A DNA stretch of 63,504 nt, filler included, from Octopus bimaculoides (lineage: Eukaryota), in the NCBI RefSeq assembly GCF_001194135.2. It is 4 parts of 4 records of this genome, joined end to end, with 100 filler letters (N's around TTAATTAATTAA, not from the genome) between each part and the next. Parts side by side here need not be neighbours in the genome. Positions count along the whole stretch, not along the records: positions 22,410 to 39,086 come from NC_068993.1; positions 39,187 to 53,750 come from NC_068988.1; 2 more parts are not named here. One strand, written 5' to 3'. The position numbers were made by a program, and so were the translations under genes. Position 1 is the first letter of the stretch. Each line of letters starts with the position of its first letter. Of this stretch, positions 26,861 through 40,019 are shown piece after piece. Below the pieces are notes generated by a model, which saw only the letters and a list, made by a program, of their open reading frames with translations, was not told where the DNA came from and did not search any database.

Positions 26861-26945
26861 CTAACTTACCTCATAACTTCACTGAAGGATTAAGATACTA
26901 ACTCCACCAAAATAATATGTATAAGTATAGATGCATGCGTGTGTG

Positions 26946-27010
<65 letters not shown>

Positions 27011-28464
27011 AGACATGTATCAATATATGCATATACGCATGTGCGTGTATCTTCATGAACTGTGACATAAACTGATATGCAGATGTGCTTTAACACACGT
27101 AATCGTATAGACGAGTTCACATATTCAGTCACATGTACGTGCAGTTGTATGCAATCCAACACAATGTAATGTTTACTTGTTTTGTTTGATTTTTTTGTCT
27201 TTTTTGTTTTTTAAAGCATATCCAGTTTTAGAACAACAATATAATATTACACAGCAGTGTAGGACCAGTCACTTAATACAATTACAAAAATAAATATTCG
27301 AGTTAATCAAAACTACAAAAATACCCGGATGCACATGGGTAGGCATATAATTACTCAACACAGTGTATTTTAAGTAATAGCATGCTAGTGAAAATACATT
27401 AGTGTGCGTTTAAATTATGGAAACAATTATTCAGTTACGGTACTTTGATTTCCTTTCCCGTATTAACGGAACCAATCTATTCATTCATATAAAGCAATGT
27501 CAGTGATATAAAAATATNNNNNNNNNNNNNNNNNNNNNNNNNNNNNNNNNNNNNNNNNNNNNNNNNNNNNNNNNNNNNNNNNNNNNNNNNNNNNNNNNNN
27601 NNNNNNNNNNNNNNNNNNNNNNNNNNNNNNNNNNNNNNNNNNNNNNNNNNNNNNNNNNNNNNNNNNNNNNNNNNNNNNNNNNNNNNNNNNNNNNNNNNNN
27701 NNNNNNNNNNNNNNNNNNNNNNNNNNNNNNNNNNNNNNNNNNNNNNNNNNNNNNNNNNNNNNNNNNNNNNNNNNNNNNNNNNNNNNNNNNNNNNNNNNNN
27801 NNNNNNNNNNNNNNNNNNNNNNNNNNNNNNNNNNNNNNNNNNNNNNNNNNNNNNNNNNNNNNNNNNNNNNNNNNNNNNNNNNNNNNNNNNNNNNNNNNNN
27901 NNTATATATATATATATATATATATATACATACATACATAGACGCATTAAGAATATATTAGGAATATATATATATACAAATATATATATATAGACACACA
28001 CACATATGCATATAAATAAATATATACATATATAAATTATATATATATTATATACATATAAATAACTATAAGTATGTGTGTGTGCGTGCGTGTGTGTGTG
28101 TGTGTGTGTGTTTATCAATCAAACACAATCATTTTAAAAGTTTGATGGAAAAAAAATGCCTACCATTTAAAAGCACCATACATAAATTGAAGCGGCGCCA
28201 AATTGACAGTATAAAAGTTTATTTATATCCTTGCATTTTATGTTTAAAATATAAAATATTGAAATATTCTCGAAATACTACTATAGTCATCAAAATAATA
28301 TTCACCAAAAAGTGTGCTTGTGTGCATATAAAGAGGCAGTGACTTCAGCAGCCCAGTCCTGGGTGGGGGGGTATCTTCCTTCGAGGCCTACGACTCGTAC
28401 GTATGGTTATTAAGTTTTCATGGCATATAGGTTATCGAGAACACCATAATTCCAATGAATAGTA

Positions 28465-28675
28465 AGCCGTTACAAGATTCCAAAGCAGCAATTTTGAGGG
28501 GAAATGTATTTCGGTTGCATCGAGCCCAGTACTCGACATGTACTTTGTTTCATATACTCCGGGGGGATGAAAAGAAGAGTTAACTTCGGTGGGATTTGAA
28601 CTTAGAGTGTAAAGCGTCGGAAGAGATGCAGCTGTGTATCTTCTATTTTGTCCGAAGAGCTAACGATTCTGCATA
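28465..28675 (-). mobile_element. SINE family A, degenerate (another decayed copy at ~11960-12145)
   Basis: ggatgaaaagaagagttaacttcggtgggatttgaactt...gctaacgattctgc. Confidence 0.65.
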
Positions 28676-28721
28676 AATACATTTTTACTTACTGAGTTCA
28701 CTAGAGCAACTAGAGCAAACG

Positions 28722-28723
<2 letters not shown>

Positions 28724-28797
<74 letters not shown>

Positions 28798-28830
28798 TAC
28801 ACACACACGCACACACACACACATACACAA
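28724..28830. repeat. (CA)n microsatellite
   Basis: Direct reading. Confidence 0.95.
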
Positions 28831-30436
28831 ACACGCATATATATACATATGTGTATATATATATATATACACATATATATATATGGGTATATACATATAT
28901 GTATATATGTATATATATATGTATATTAAAATGATATAAAAGATAAATATAAATACAATCCCTAAAATTATTTCCATTCTGAACCCGACCAAAATATTGA
29001 ATAAATTTAATTTTCAATCATTAATTGAGTAGTAATAATAATAATAATACTTTTCGCTGATAAAATTGAAAAGTTACAAATTGACGTATCATTGAAGGAC
29101 ATTCCAGTACCACCAAAGAAGTATTATATGAAGGATCTAGAAATTGAAAAGACTGCATTCACCCATAGACACACCATAAACATATACTGATTCAGTCTGT
29201 TTTGCGATTTTAAACTTCTCATATGTGATGAGATTCTTACACCTAAACATTTCCATAATATGAATTTTATAAATTTGTTGTTGGTTTTTGGGGTTTCAAT
29301 CGAAACAATTGTAGGGATTGTATTTATATTTATTTTTATATTTTTATATTATTGTAATAATATGTTAATAAATTAAAATATGCCAATTTGAACTCCCCAT
29401 TTTGGTTATATTATTGTTTATTGTGTGTATATATTCATTTATATTGGAGAATTATTTATATATGTACACAGACATAGAAAGCTGTCTGTAAACCTACGTT
29501 TGTGTGCCTGTTTTCGTATATTTCTGCATACTCTTTAGCTCATTACATAAATCGTATTCAATCGCATTTGACTTTATATTCAATTAATATAGATGTACTT
29601 CGTAAGAGATTGTATTACTTTTCGTCTCGTTGAAGAGTTCTAATAGATCTGAATCCTGTCCTTATTCGTCACTCTATAGACTAGATATTGGTCTCGGGTA
29701 GCCCCACCCTCCGAATGCAACTATCGAATATTAAGCTTGCCTTAGGAGTTGTGATAGTAGCTACAATAGTAATCGTAGTAGCTGAAGCAGTTGTAGTTGT
29801 AGTGGTGAGTGTGTTCGTATTTGTCATTATAGTAGTATTAAGAACAGCAGCAGTAGTAAAGCAAGCTGGGCAAGGCCCTAGCATGAACTTATTTAAATTG
29901 CAAATTTTCTCTATGTTTCGATCGATAATTTTATTTGCTTACTTTATTTTATTTTTAATCATCATCAATCATCATTCATCATCATCACCATCATCACCAC
30001 CATCATCATCATCATCACCATCATAATCATCATCATCAAGTCAATATATTTTCCTATGAATTTTAATCAGTGACTCTCAATCATTTTTGAATTCATGGCG
30101 CAATGGAGATCAAGTAAAACACTACTGACGCGCATCTTATTGAAATGATAGTAAAACAAAAAAAATATAAAATATTTTTTAAAAATTATATACCTCATTG
30201 CCAGTGCACCACACCTGGGATTTTTGTTATTGACTTCTATTAAAATACAATATCTAACGCATTATTCCTGCGTTATTACAATCAATTACTTTCAAATCTA
30301 TAAATAAAAGAATAATCTTGTTTTGCTGGTAAATATTTTGCAATGATTTACTTCATTTATGTATTCTAACTATGCATAAGGAGAATTGTAGTGAGAGCAA
30401 ATCGCAGTCCATTCAGTAATTGTATCTTGTTACTGG

Positions 30437-30653
30437 TACGAAGGGAACAGAAAAGTTCCTGACTTTAAGGGTGTCGCGAAAGGCCTGGCTGGAGGCTCAG
30501 CCTTCCGAGTTCTTTTACAAGGCTTAGAAAAACTGGAGTACGGCGCAACAAGTGTGCAAATTTGAGTGGGGAATATGTTTAATAAAATCATAACGAATTA
30601 ACCTTCTGGTATTTTCTTATACTCAACGTCAACAACTTTCAGTATCACTCGTA
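30437..30653 (+). mobile_element. Mariner-derived MITE / deletion derivative (~217 bp)
   Basis: Ends tacgaagggaacagaaaagttcctgac and aacaactttcagtatcactcgta; internal KGLEKLEYRRNKCANLSGEYV resembles the mariner C-terminus. Confidence 0.75.
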
Positions 30654-30730
30654 TACATTCTGACAAACCACCCATTGTCATGGAAAGTACCGTCTGGCAC
30701 GCTTTATATTCAACGGTTGATGACTAGTGG

Positions 30731-31113
30731 CTGGTTGGCACTCCATCGGTTACGACGACGAGGGTTCCAGTTGATCCGATCAACGAAACAGACTGCTTGT
30801 GAAATTAACGTGCAAGTGACTGAGTACTCCACAGGCACGCGTACCCTTAACGTAGTTTTCGGGGAGATTCAGCGTGACACAGAGTGACAAGACTGGCCCT
30901 TTCAAATACAGGTACAACAGAAACAGGAAGAAAGAGTGAAAGACAGTTGTGGTGAAAGAGTACAGCAGGGATCGCCACCATCCCCTGCCGGAGCCATGTG
31001 GAACTTTAGGTGTTTTCGCTAAATAAACACTCACAACGCCCGGTCTGGGAATGGAAACAGCGATCCTACGACCGCGAGTCCGCTGCCCTAACCACTGGGC
31101 CATTGCACCTCCA
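30731..31113 (-). mobile_element. SINE family B, full length
   Basis: Highly similar to 7723-8110; probable TSD actagtgg at 30723-30730 and 31117-31124. Confidence 0.88.
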
Positions 31114-31153
31114 CTAACTAGTGGTACACAATCTGAGAAATTCACTTTCATAG

Positions 31154-31245
31154 AAACTGTAGTACTGCACACTCTACATTCAAAAATTGTAGATTTATTA
31201 GGGGTACACATTCTAAAAGTCTCAAAGCCCTCACTGTCATGAAAG
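31154..31245 (+). CDS. Candidate exon (NCSTAHSTFKNCRFIRGTHSKSLKALTVMK)
   Basis: Acceptor ttcactttcatag|, donor aag|gtaaag; open frame, phase 2 to 1. Confidence 0.3.
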
Positions 31246-31628
31246 GTAAAGTACTGTACACCAAAATATCATGTCAATATCTTATAAGATCGAACACTTG
31301 TGTGCCATCTAACTGAATTATTTATGAAATCCTTATGAAATAACATTTCATATATTTTGTGATGACATAATGTTCTTATTATAAATCCCAAGTTATTTGT
31401 TAATCCAGTCGTCAATGACAAACATCCTATTGAATGTATTTTATGTTCAACCCAAAAGAGAGTTTTCATCACGAAACTCATGATGTTCTGCTACAAAACA
31501 AAAGTATTTGTAAAGATCATGTCCATCATATTACTGCAACACTCGAAGGCATTTCACATACATTCGCATTTATACATTTATGTACAGTCCTTCACTAAAG
31601 TTAAAACTGCATACATATATAATTATAC

Positions 31629-31665
<37 letters not shown>

Positions 31666-32315
31666 NNNNNNNNNNNNNNNNNNNNNNNNNNNNNNNNNNN
31701 NNNNNNNNNNNNNNNNNNNNNNNNNNNNNNNNNNNNNNNNNNNNNNNNNNNNNNNNNNNNNNNNNNNNNNNNNNNNNNNNNNNNNNNNNNNNNNNNNNNN
31801 NNNNNNNNNNNNNNNNNNNNNNNNNNNNNNNNNNNNNNNNNNNNNNNNNNNNNNNNNNNNNNNNNNNNNNNNNNNNNNNNNNNNNNNNNNNNNNNNNNNN
31901 NNNNNNNNNNNNNNNNNNNNNNNNNNNNNNNNNNNNNNNNNNNNNNNNNNNNNNNNNNNNNNNNNNNNNNNNNNNNNNNNNNNNNNNNNNNNNNNNNNNN
32001 NNNNNNNNNNNNNNNNNNNNNNNNNNNNNNNNNNNNNNNNNNNNNNNNNNNNNNNNNNNNNNNNNNNNNNNNNNNNNNNNNNNNNNNNNNNNNNNNNNNN
32101 NNNNNNNNNNNNNNNNNNNNNNNNNNNNNNNNNNNNNNNNNNNNNNNNNNNNNNNNNNNNNNNNNNNNNNNNNNNNNNNNNNNNNNNNNNNNNNNNNNNN
32201 NNNNNNNNNNNNNNNNNNNNNNNNNNNNNNNNNNNNNNNNNNNNNNNNNNNNNNNNNNNNNNNNNNNNNNNNNNNNNNNNNNNNNNNNNNNNNNNNNNNN
32301 NNNNNNNNNNNNNNN

Positions 32316-32520
32316 AAAGCAGCAGCACTGAACCTTAGACCTTTAGGTTGCGAGGCTAATTTGTTGAACATTCTCGTAACCTGTGCCCATATTGAACTGA
32401 TTAAAGAAGTGAAAAGAGTGTGTAGATGACTATATCATTTGTTAACAAGGGTTTTGTAATCTGTGTTAGTTACAAAAGGACTCTACATCATTCGAGAGAC
32501 ATATGTAAATGAATATACAT
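32316..32520 (+). repeat. ~205-bp direct duplication, copy 1 (copy 2 at 34562-34766)
   Basis: Near-identical, about 3 mismatches by eye; copy 1 begins at a gap edge. Confidence 0.9.
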
Positions 32521-32944
32521 ACGAACACACACATATACAGGCACGAGTGCGCACACACATACACACATATATGTATGTATGTACGCGCCCATAGATAAAA
32601 ATGTGTTGTAGCATAACAAACAGAATATATTTCAGAACATTTAATGGCTGGTTAAATTAACAGACTCGGCTATAAATAACTAATGGTTTCTATATATACA
32701 TATATGTTTTAGGCCGTTTTCAATCTTTACAAGTACTAGAATGACAATATATGGAGCGCGTTAATGTAACAGCGGCAGGTGATATGCGCAAATTTAGAAA
32801 ACAGAATACAAGAAAATAAAGTAAATTCAATAAAATCAAAAAATAAATGATAATATAAAAAAGAATTAACTTATCACAAAGATTTGCTTTCTAAAAACTT
32901 GGCTGACATTCCCATTGCTTTTAAATGAATACACCAAGTGATAA

Positions 32945-33297
32945 GAAAATAAAGAATAAGATGACGAGTAAAGACCCCCTGCGGTCATGAATGACCATGA
33001 GGTTGCTCCCAGAAAGTTCCCTTCCTAGGCAGAAGTCCGGGTAAGTTTGTTTGTGGATGACCAGCAGTTGCCCATGTATACCAGTCTCTCCTCTATACGT
33101 CACCGATGTAGTCCAAAGGAAAGGCAAAGGCCGATACAGCTTGGCACCAGTGACGTCACTATTCATTTCTACAGCTGAGTGAACTGGAGCAACGTGAAAT
33201 AAATGACTTAATCAAGAATACAGCACGCAGCCCGGTCTGGGAATCGAACTCACTACCTCATGATCGTGAGTCCGCCGATCTAGCCACTGAGCCATAA
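32945..33297 (-). mobile_element. CORE-type SINE (family C)
   Basis: ctacagctgagtgaactggagcaacgtgaaataaa core; head gaatcgaactc...ccactgagccat. Confidence 0.85.
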
Positions 33298-33921
33298 GAT
33301 AAATATATGAATAGATAAGTAAATAAATTGAATGAAAATTTCGGAGAAAATGAAAATATATATATATGGACTTCAATATTGCGAGGCCAGATTTTTTAAA
33401 GATAATGTATTTAGAAGAGGTACATGGATGTATTGCAAAACAGCCTAAATTGTTGAATTTTCACGCAAGACTGATTTAGAAGAACAGAGATGCCATTCAA
33501 AGACCATTTATAATGCACCAAGATATAAACCCATACACTTCGTAGGAATATTCTGAGATACATTTATTCATATACCTTCTTATAAACATGCTCTTACACT
33601 TGTTCTCAAACAAAATATATCAAAATAATAATTTCGTAAATAGAATTTTCCTCATTTTTTGTATGTATACAGATCAATCTATATTATTATACGTACGATA
33701 AATCAAACGCATTCATATATATACAACGCTTCGTACTCTATCAAGCAACCTCACTATCAGCACTAAGAATTGGAGTATGCTACACTTTAGTTAAGATTGC
33801 ATATTATGTGAATGGAAACGACCAGCTAAAAATTGATGAATCATATATTAATCAAGTATAATAAAGTATGGGAGACATAAATCTAGAAATTAACTAAAGG
33901 GACTACATTTTAAGGATAATT

Positions 33922-33922
33922 G

Positions 33923-33989
<67 letters not shown>
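33922..33989. repeat. (TAG)n microsatellite
   Basis: Direct reading. Confidence 0.95.
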
Positions 33990-34269
33990 CGCACGAGTAT
34001 TCACGATTATAGTTTACTTATTTGTATGATATAGAGGAGACTATCGGTACGTTCGTGGACATCGTATAACTAATTTATGAGAAAAGATTTATAGCTAATT
34101 AGTTCATAGATTATAGATAAACACTAATAATGATTATCAGTGCTATCTCTATGTGGTAATACTGAATTGCCAATCAAATTCAGCTGGGATTAGATAAACC
34201 AAACAGAGTAGAAATACAGAAACATAGGAAAATAGAAGTTATACTAATTATAGGAGACAGACCTACAGG

Positions 34270-35150
34270 GTATGGCTAGTAATAGTAATATTGGTTTCGA
34301 ATATCGGCACAAGTTCAGCAAACTCAAGGGAGGGGTTAAATCGATTAAATCGATACCTGTTCACAAATGGCAGTTGTGTTATGGAAAGGATGAAAGGCAA
34401 AAGAAAGCCCAGCGAAATTTGAACCTCAAATGTAAAGACGCATGAAAGAACGCCAAGCATTTTAGTCGGCCTGCTAACGATTGTGCCAGTTGGTTGCCTT
34501 ATACTAGTAACAGTAATATTGATTTCAAATTTTGGCACAAGGCCATTAATGCCGGAGATGCAAAGCAGCAGCACTAAACCTTAGACCTTAAGGTTGCGAG
34601 GCTAATTTGTTGAACATTCTCGTAACCTGTGCCCATATTGAACTGATTAAAGAAGTGAAAAGAGTGAGTAGATGACTATATCATTTGTTAACAAGGGTTT
34701 TGTAATCTGTGTTAGTTACAAAAGGACTCTACATCATTCGAGAGACATATGTAAATGAATATACATAGAGATGAATCGATTATATCGACTGCAGTGTTAA
34801 ATCTGTACTTATTTTAACGACCTCGAAAGGGTGAAAGTTAAATTTGACCCCGGCAGAATTTGAACCCAAAACATAAAGACGAAATGCCGCTAAGAAATTT
34901 GCCCGGTGTGCTAACGATACAGTCAGCTCATCACCTTAAACTGATAATCCTCTCTATTATAGGCACAATGCCTGAAATTTTGGAGGAGGGGATTAGTCGA
35001 TGACATCTACTGGTACTTAATTTATCGAGCCCGAATGGATGAAAAGTTAAGTTGACCACGGTGGAATTTCAACTCAAAACGTAAGGAGGGACGAAATGCC
35101 GGGAAGCACTGTGCCCCACACGCTAACGATTCTGTCAGCTTCCCACCACT
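34270..35150 (-). mobile_element. Cluster of family A SINEs (about 34270-34500, 34770-34940, 34945-35150)
   Basis: Repeated ggatgaaag..gacc..gaatttgaac..gctaacgat motifs in the same orientation. Confidence 0.75.
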
Positions 35151-35430
35151 AGTAATGGTAATATTAGTCGTGGATTTATGTTAAATTTATTGCGTTAAGT
35201 TTTAGTATTGTGTAGCGAGGAAATATGNNNNNNNNNNNNNNNNNNNNNNNNNNNNNNNNNNNNNNNNNNNNNNNNNNNNNNNNNNNNNNNNNNNNNNNNN
35301 NNNNNNNNNNNNNNNNNNNNNNNNNNNNNNNNNNNNNNNNNNNNNNNNNNNNNNNNNNNNNNNNNNNNNNNNNNNNNNNNNNNNNNNNNNNNNNNNNNNN
35401 NNNNNNNNNNNNNNNNNNNNNNNNNNNNNN

Positions 35431-35472
<42 letters not shown>

Positions 35473-35554
35473 CCCATTCTAAACTGATGTTTACTTCGTT
35501 TTCCCTGGACCAGAAAGAAATAATTCTTTGCTTCAAATAAGTAGTTCAGCACGA

Positions 35555-35690
35555 AATTTTGAGGAATGAAAGGCAAAGTCGACCTAGGCAGAATTTGAAC
35601 TCAGAACGTATAAAGACATACGAAATACTGCTAAGCATTTCGTCCGGCGTGCTAACGATTCTGCCGGCTCGCCGCCTTCATATGCGCTTA
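35555..35690 (-). mobile_element. SINE family A, 5' half
   Basis: gaatgaaaggcaaagtcgacctaggcagaatttgaactcagaacg...ctgccggctcgccgcc. Confidence 0.85.
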
Positions 35691-35711
35691 TATCAAAATC
35701 TATGCGGGTAC

Positions 35712-36050
35712 ATGAAGGCGCATGGCTCAGTGGTTAGAGCCTCGAACTTACGATCGTGAGGTTGTGAACTCGAATCCTGGACCGGGCTGCGTGTTGTGTT
35801 CTTGAGCAAGACACTTTATTTCACGTTGCTCGAGTTCACTCAGCTGTAGAAATGAGTTGTGATGTCACAGGTTCCAAGCTGTATCGGCCTTTTCCTTTCC
35901 CTTGGATAACACTGGTGGCGTGGAGAGGGGAGGCTGGTATGCATGGGCGACGGCTGATCTACCATAAACAGCCTTGCCCGGACTTGCGCCTGGGAGGGTA
36001 ACTTTCTAGGTGCAATCCCATGGTCAGTCATGACTGAAGGGGGTCTCAGC
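35712..36050 (+). mobile_element. CORE-type SINE (family C), full length
   Basis: A box tggctcagtgg, B box actcgaatcc, core ttcttgagcaagacactttatttcacgttgctc. Confidence 0.9.
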
Positions 36051-37364
36051 AACATGCGTATACACAAACATACATATATATTTATATATAGATTATATAC
36101 ACACACGCATATACATGCAAATATATATATATATATATATATATATNNNNNNNNNNNNNNNNNNNNNNNNNNNNNNNNNNNNNNNNNNNNNNNNNNNNNN
36201 NNNNNNNNNNNNNNNNNNNNNNNNNNNNNNNNNNNNNNNNNNNNNNNNNNNNNNNNNNNNNNNNNNNNNNNNNNNNNNNNNNNNNNNNNNNNNNNNNNNN
36301 NNNNNNNNNNNNNNNNNNNNNNNNNNNNNNNNNNNNNNNNNNNNNNNNNNNNNNNNNNNNNNNNNNNNNNNNNNNNNNNNNNNNNNNNNNNNNNNNNNNN
36401 NNNNNNNNNNNNNNNNNNNNNNNNNNNNNNNNNNNNNNNNNNNNNNNNNNNNNNNNCGGTGTTTAACACTAATTTTTGCAGAAATGCAAATAAGATTCAT
36501 CATATAGGTTTTTGTAATGTTGCGTATCAAGACAAGGTGATATATTTTTACGTTTTCTTTCCTTTTACCTTTTCCTTTTTCTTTATTTCTGTCTTTCTTT
36601 TGTTCTTTTCTGTCTTCTTTCTCTCTTTCTTTCTTTTATTATTCTTTGTTTTTTTTTTCGTTCTGATAATTCAATCTATCTGTAGTTCTTGTTCGGTCTT
36701 TCATGATTCTTTTTGTGGAAAATAAGAAATTAATATTTTTAAAACTTAATATGAATTTACAATTGTGAAATATTTTTTATCAATACTTAAATTTTAGATC
36801 TTTGTACTTTGAGTTATTAAAAGTAATTTTTTTTTTAATTTAACTTATTTATCGTTCAATAACCTGAAACTTTGAATTGTGGTTTTCTTCTTCTCTGATA
36901 TTCCGACATGAATAGCGTTGCAAAACAACTGAAAGTATTTGATATCATTACAGACGAAGTTCTTGTTATAGAATTATTTACTTCACGGACACAAAGTGTA
37001 TTTGACTATAATTCTACATCGACGCTTATGTTATACTGGCCCAACAGAAAATTCGAATCACACTATCTGTAAAAACTAATAAATATAATAATTCATGAAG
37101 TGTACGCAAAAAAGCGACAAATATGAACAAGATCTGGAAGATTCGAACGTGAATAACTAAGTGATGTATGTTCGTAACATATATGGTTCATTGGTCCACC
37201 GATATTAGCGGACTTCGAGGCCCCGCAGTCTTTCGACCTTGTTATGTGTCTCCTCAGTTGAAGCTACCCCATAGCATTACCGATAAATCCCACAACACTA
37301 CGAGCTGGGTTTTTTTTATAATAATTTGCTGATGCGTGCTGCCAGTGTTATGATCATATATCAG

Positions 37365-37462
37365 TTACAAGGTGGAGACGTTTTCTGGAAGCCAAAAAAC
37401 AACTGGAAGATTCGATCAGTTTTTACCGTTCGACTCTGCCAGAGCGTATTAAGAATGAATAG
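37365..37462 (+). CDS. Candidate terminal exon (TRWRRFLEAKKQLEDSISFYRSTLPERIKNE*)
   Basis: atatcag| acceptor, phase 1, protein-like amphipathic helix ending in TAG; no TE similarity recognised. Confidence 0.5.
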
Positions 37463-40019
37463 ATACATTATTGAACAAATACATAATTATCTAATTATTA
37501 TCAACATCATTAACAGCAGGTTATTGGAAAAGTCATTTAGTTGGAGAATACAGATATTTGGAATTCTTTTAGTTCTTTTGATGCCGTTCATAACTTTAAT
37601 ATATTTGTGAACATTATCAAATAGAAAACAGAAAATCTCAATATTTGTGCTCATGGGAAAACAGTACTATTTATTTGTTGTTAATGAAAATATGACACCA
37701 ACAATGTTCTAAGCCACATGTGGTTTATTGAGATACAGCTCTGCTCGATTTTGAATCTATTGATTTTACAATACAGTAAAAATATAACTTTGGGAAAAAA
37801 TATCCTATAAAATATTTTATTTGAAAAACTCTTGAAGTTTTGATGACCAAGTTTTCAGCGCTAATGCCAACACATTTTGACCATATTTGTATGCTTGNNN
37901 NNNNNNNNNNNNNNNNNNNNNNNNNNNNNNNNNNNNNNNNNNNNNNNNNNNNNNNNNNNNNNNNNNNNNNNNNNNNNNNNNNNNNNNNNNNNNNNNNNNN
38001 NNNNNNNNNNNNNNNNNNNNNNNNNNNNNNNNNNNNNNNNNNNNNNNNNNNNNNNNNNNNNNNNNNNNNNNNNNNNNNNNNNNNNNNNNNNNNNNNNNNN
38101 NNNNNNNNNNNNNNNNNNNNNNNNNNNNNNNATGTATACACATATAGATTTATGTATGTACGTAAGTATGCACATATGTGCATGTATTCGTTATGTATGC
38201 CTGTTTATATATATATATACGCATGTATGTATTGCGTTTGTATACTGTGTAGACGTTTTAGTTTCCACAGAATACAAGTTGATAGCTTAAAAAATTTATT
38301 TCGTATTTTTTCAGGTATATTCTACGACTGACAAGTGAAAAAATATCATTGGTGTGAAAAATAACAAACATTCTTTGTAGAAAATATAATCAATAAAATG
38401 CCGTATTTGAAATAAACGTCTGGAGTTACAAATAATTCCAGTATCTCATCCATCATATGGTAATATATAAACCGGACGAATTTAAAGTGCAGTTTTCTTT
38501 TGGTACAAATATTGCCGGGAATGGAATTTCCCGTTTTTTGAAGCTATTTTTCCGCTTTTTTTGTTCTCAGTACTAACAGTATGTTAGCATGGATTTCCTA
38601 TTATTGCGAAATTTGGTACGTGTTTAAGTTTTCATTGGGTACTTTATAAATAACATTGATTAGGGCTATGACAATAAATTTCAAATAATTACACCATGCT
38701 ATGCTTCATACAATAGGACGTTCAATAATTTAATTTCAGAAATGCGTTGTCAGTTTGTCCCTTTTTATGATGCATAAAATAAACTAAACTTATAATGATC
38801 ATAAAGCTTGTTCAGTTCTTTTATTCTTTTACTTGCATCAGTCTTTAGATTGCAACAATGCTGGAGCACAGCTTTTGAGAATTTAATCGAACCAGACTGT
38901 CTGTCGTTAGCCAGCTGGAGGAGATGTCTTCCTGTCTTTAAAAATAACAGTAACATCGTCCTCTATAGGACCGCCGCATTGAGTTGGTGAATATATTTTA
39001 CGATTCCGTACTACTATTGTTTACCTCTCTCGCTCAGAGATTTGATATAGTCTAACAGCCTATACATATACACATATATATATATANNNNNNNNNNNNNN
39101 NNNNNNNNNNNNNNNNNNNNNNNNNNNNNNTTAATTAATTAANNNNNNNNNNNNNNNNNNNNNNNNNNNNNNNNNNNNNNNNNNNNATATATATATATAT
39201 ATATATATAAACATACATACACATATATGCATGCTAGCACACACATAAGTGAGCCCATACACACTTATGCATATATATTCACGTGCATACATGCATACAC
39301 ACATCTCTACATATACCTTATATACGCGTATATATTTTTGTACGTGTATGTGTATATGTGTATGTGTAGAGATGTGTATATGTGTATATGGGCTCACCTG
39401 TGTGAGTACTCGTATACATATATGTGTATGTATGTATGTATATATATGTATATGTGTGTGTATGCGTGTATGTATTTTACGCATGTGTTTATAGTCAGTT
39501 ATATGTTTGTATGTGTGCATATATTTAGTAGAAACTCATTATAGAATTTTTCAACCTAGGAATTTCTTTCATCTATGGTTTTTTTTTAAATAAAAAAAAA
39601 GAACAAACTTACGCCCCTATTGATTATCAATTATTAATTAGTCTTTTCTGGAAATGCATTATTCCCTTCTTCATTCAAGGTTTTTTTCTATATTATATGA
39701 TATAACATATTTATATCTTACTGTTCAGTTTATACACCCGACCAACCTTTAGCGAATACAACACCGTTTATATTTTGAAAATAAGCTACCCAATCAAATT
39801 CAAATGCTTATTCGTCAAACTGAATTATATCAAATCATATGTTACATGTACTATCACAATTTTATTCCAGTCTTGGTCACAACTGTCCGATGAACGGAAA
39901 CAGGAAATTCTGAATAACAGTTTTCTGTGATTTTTTGCAGCTTTAATAAAAATGTATATATACATATATATAGTAACAGAAAGGGAAGAATTTCGATTAT
40001 CCCCAAATGGGGAGTTGTG

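Noticed and set aside
29095-29180. SLKDIPVPPKKYYMKDL resembling a PLE N-terminus
   Set aside because: Too short and isolated to call.
29684-30030. 112-aa valine-rich membrane-like ORF
   Set aside because: It is the translation of degenerate (TAG)n and (CAT)n repeats.
38765-38956. 63-aa minus-strand ORF that looks like an exon
   Set aside because: Its central part is the family D SINE tail (gctgtgctccagcatt..gcaagtaaaagaataaaaga).
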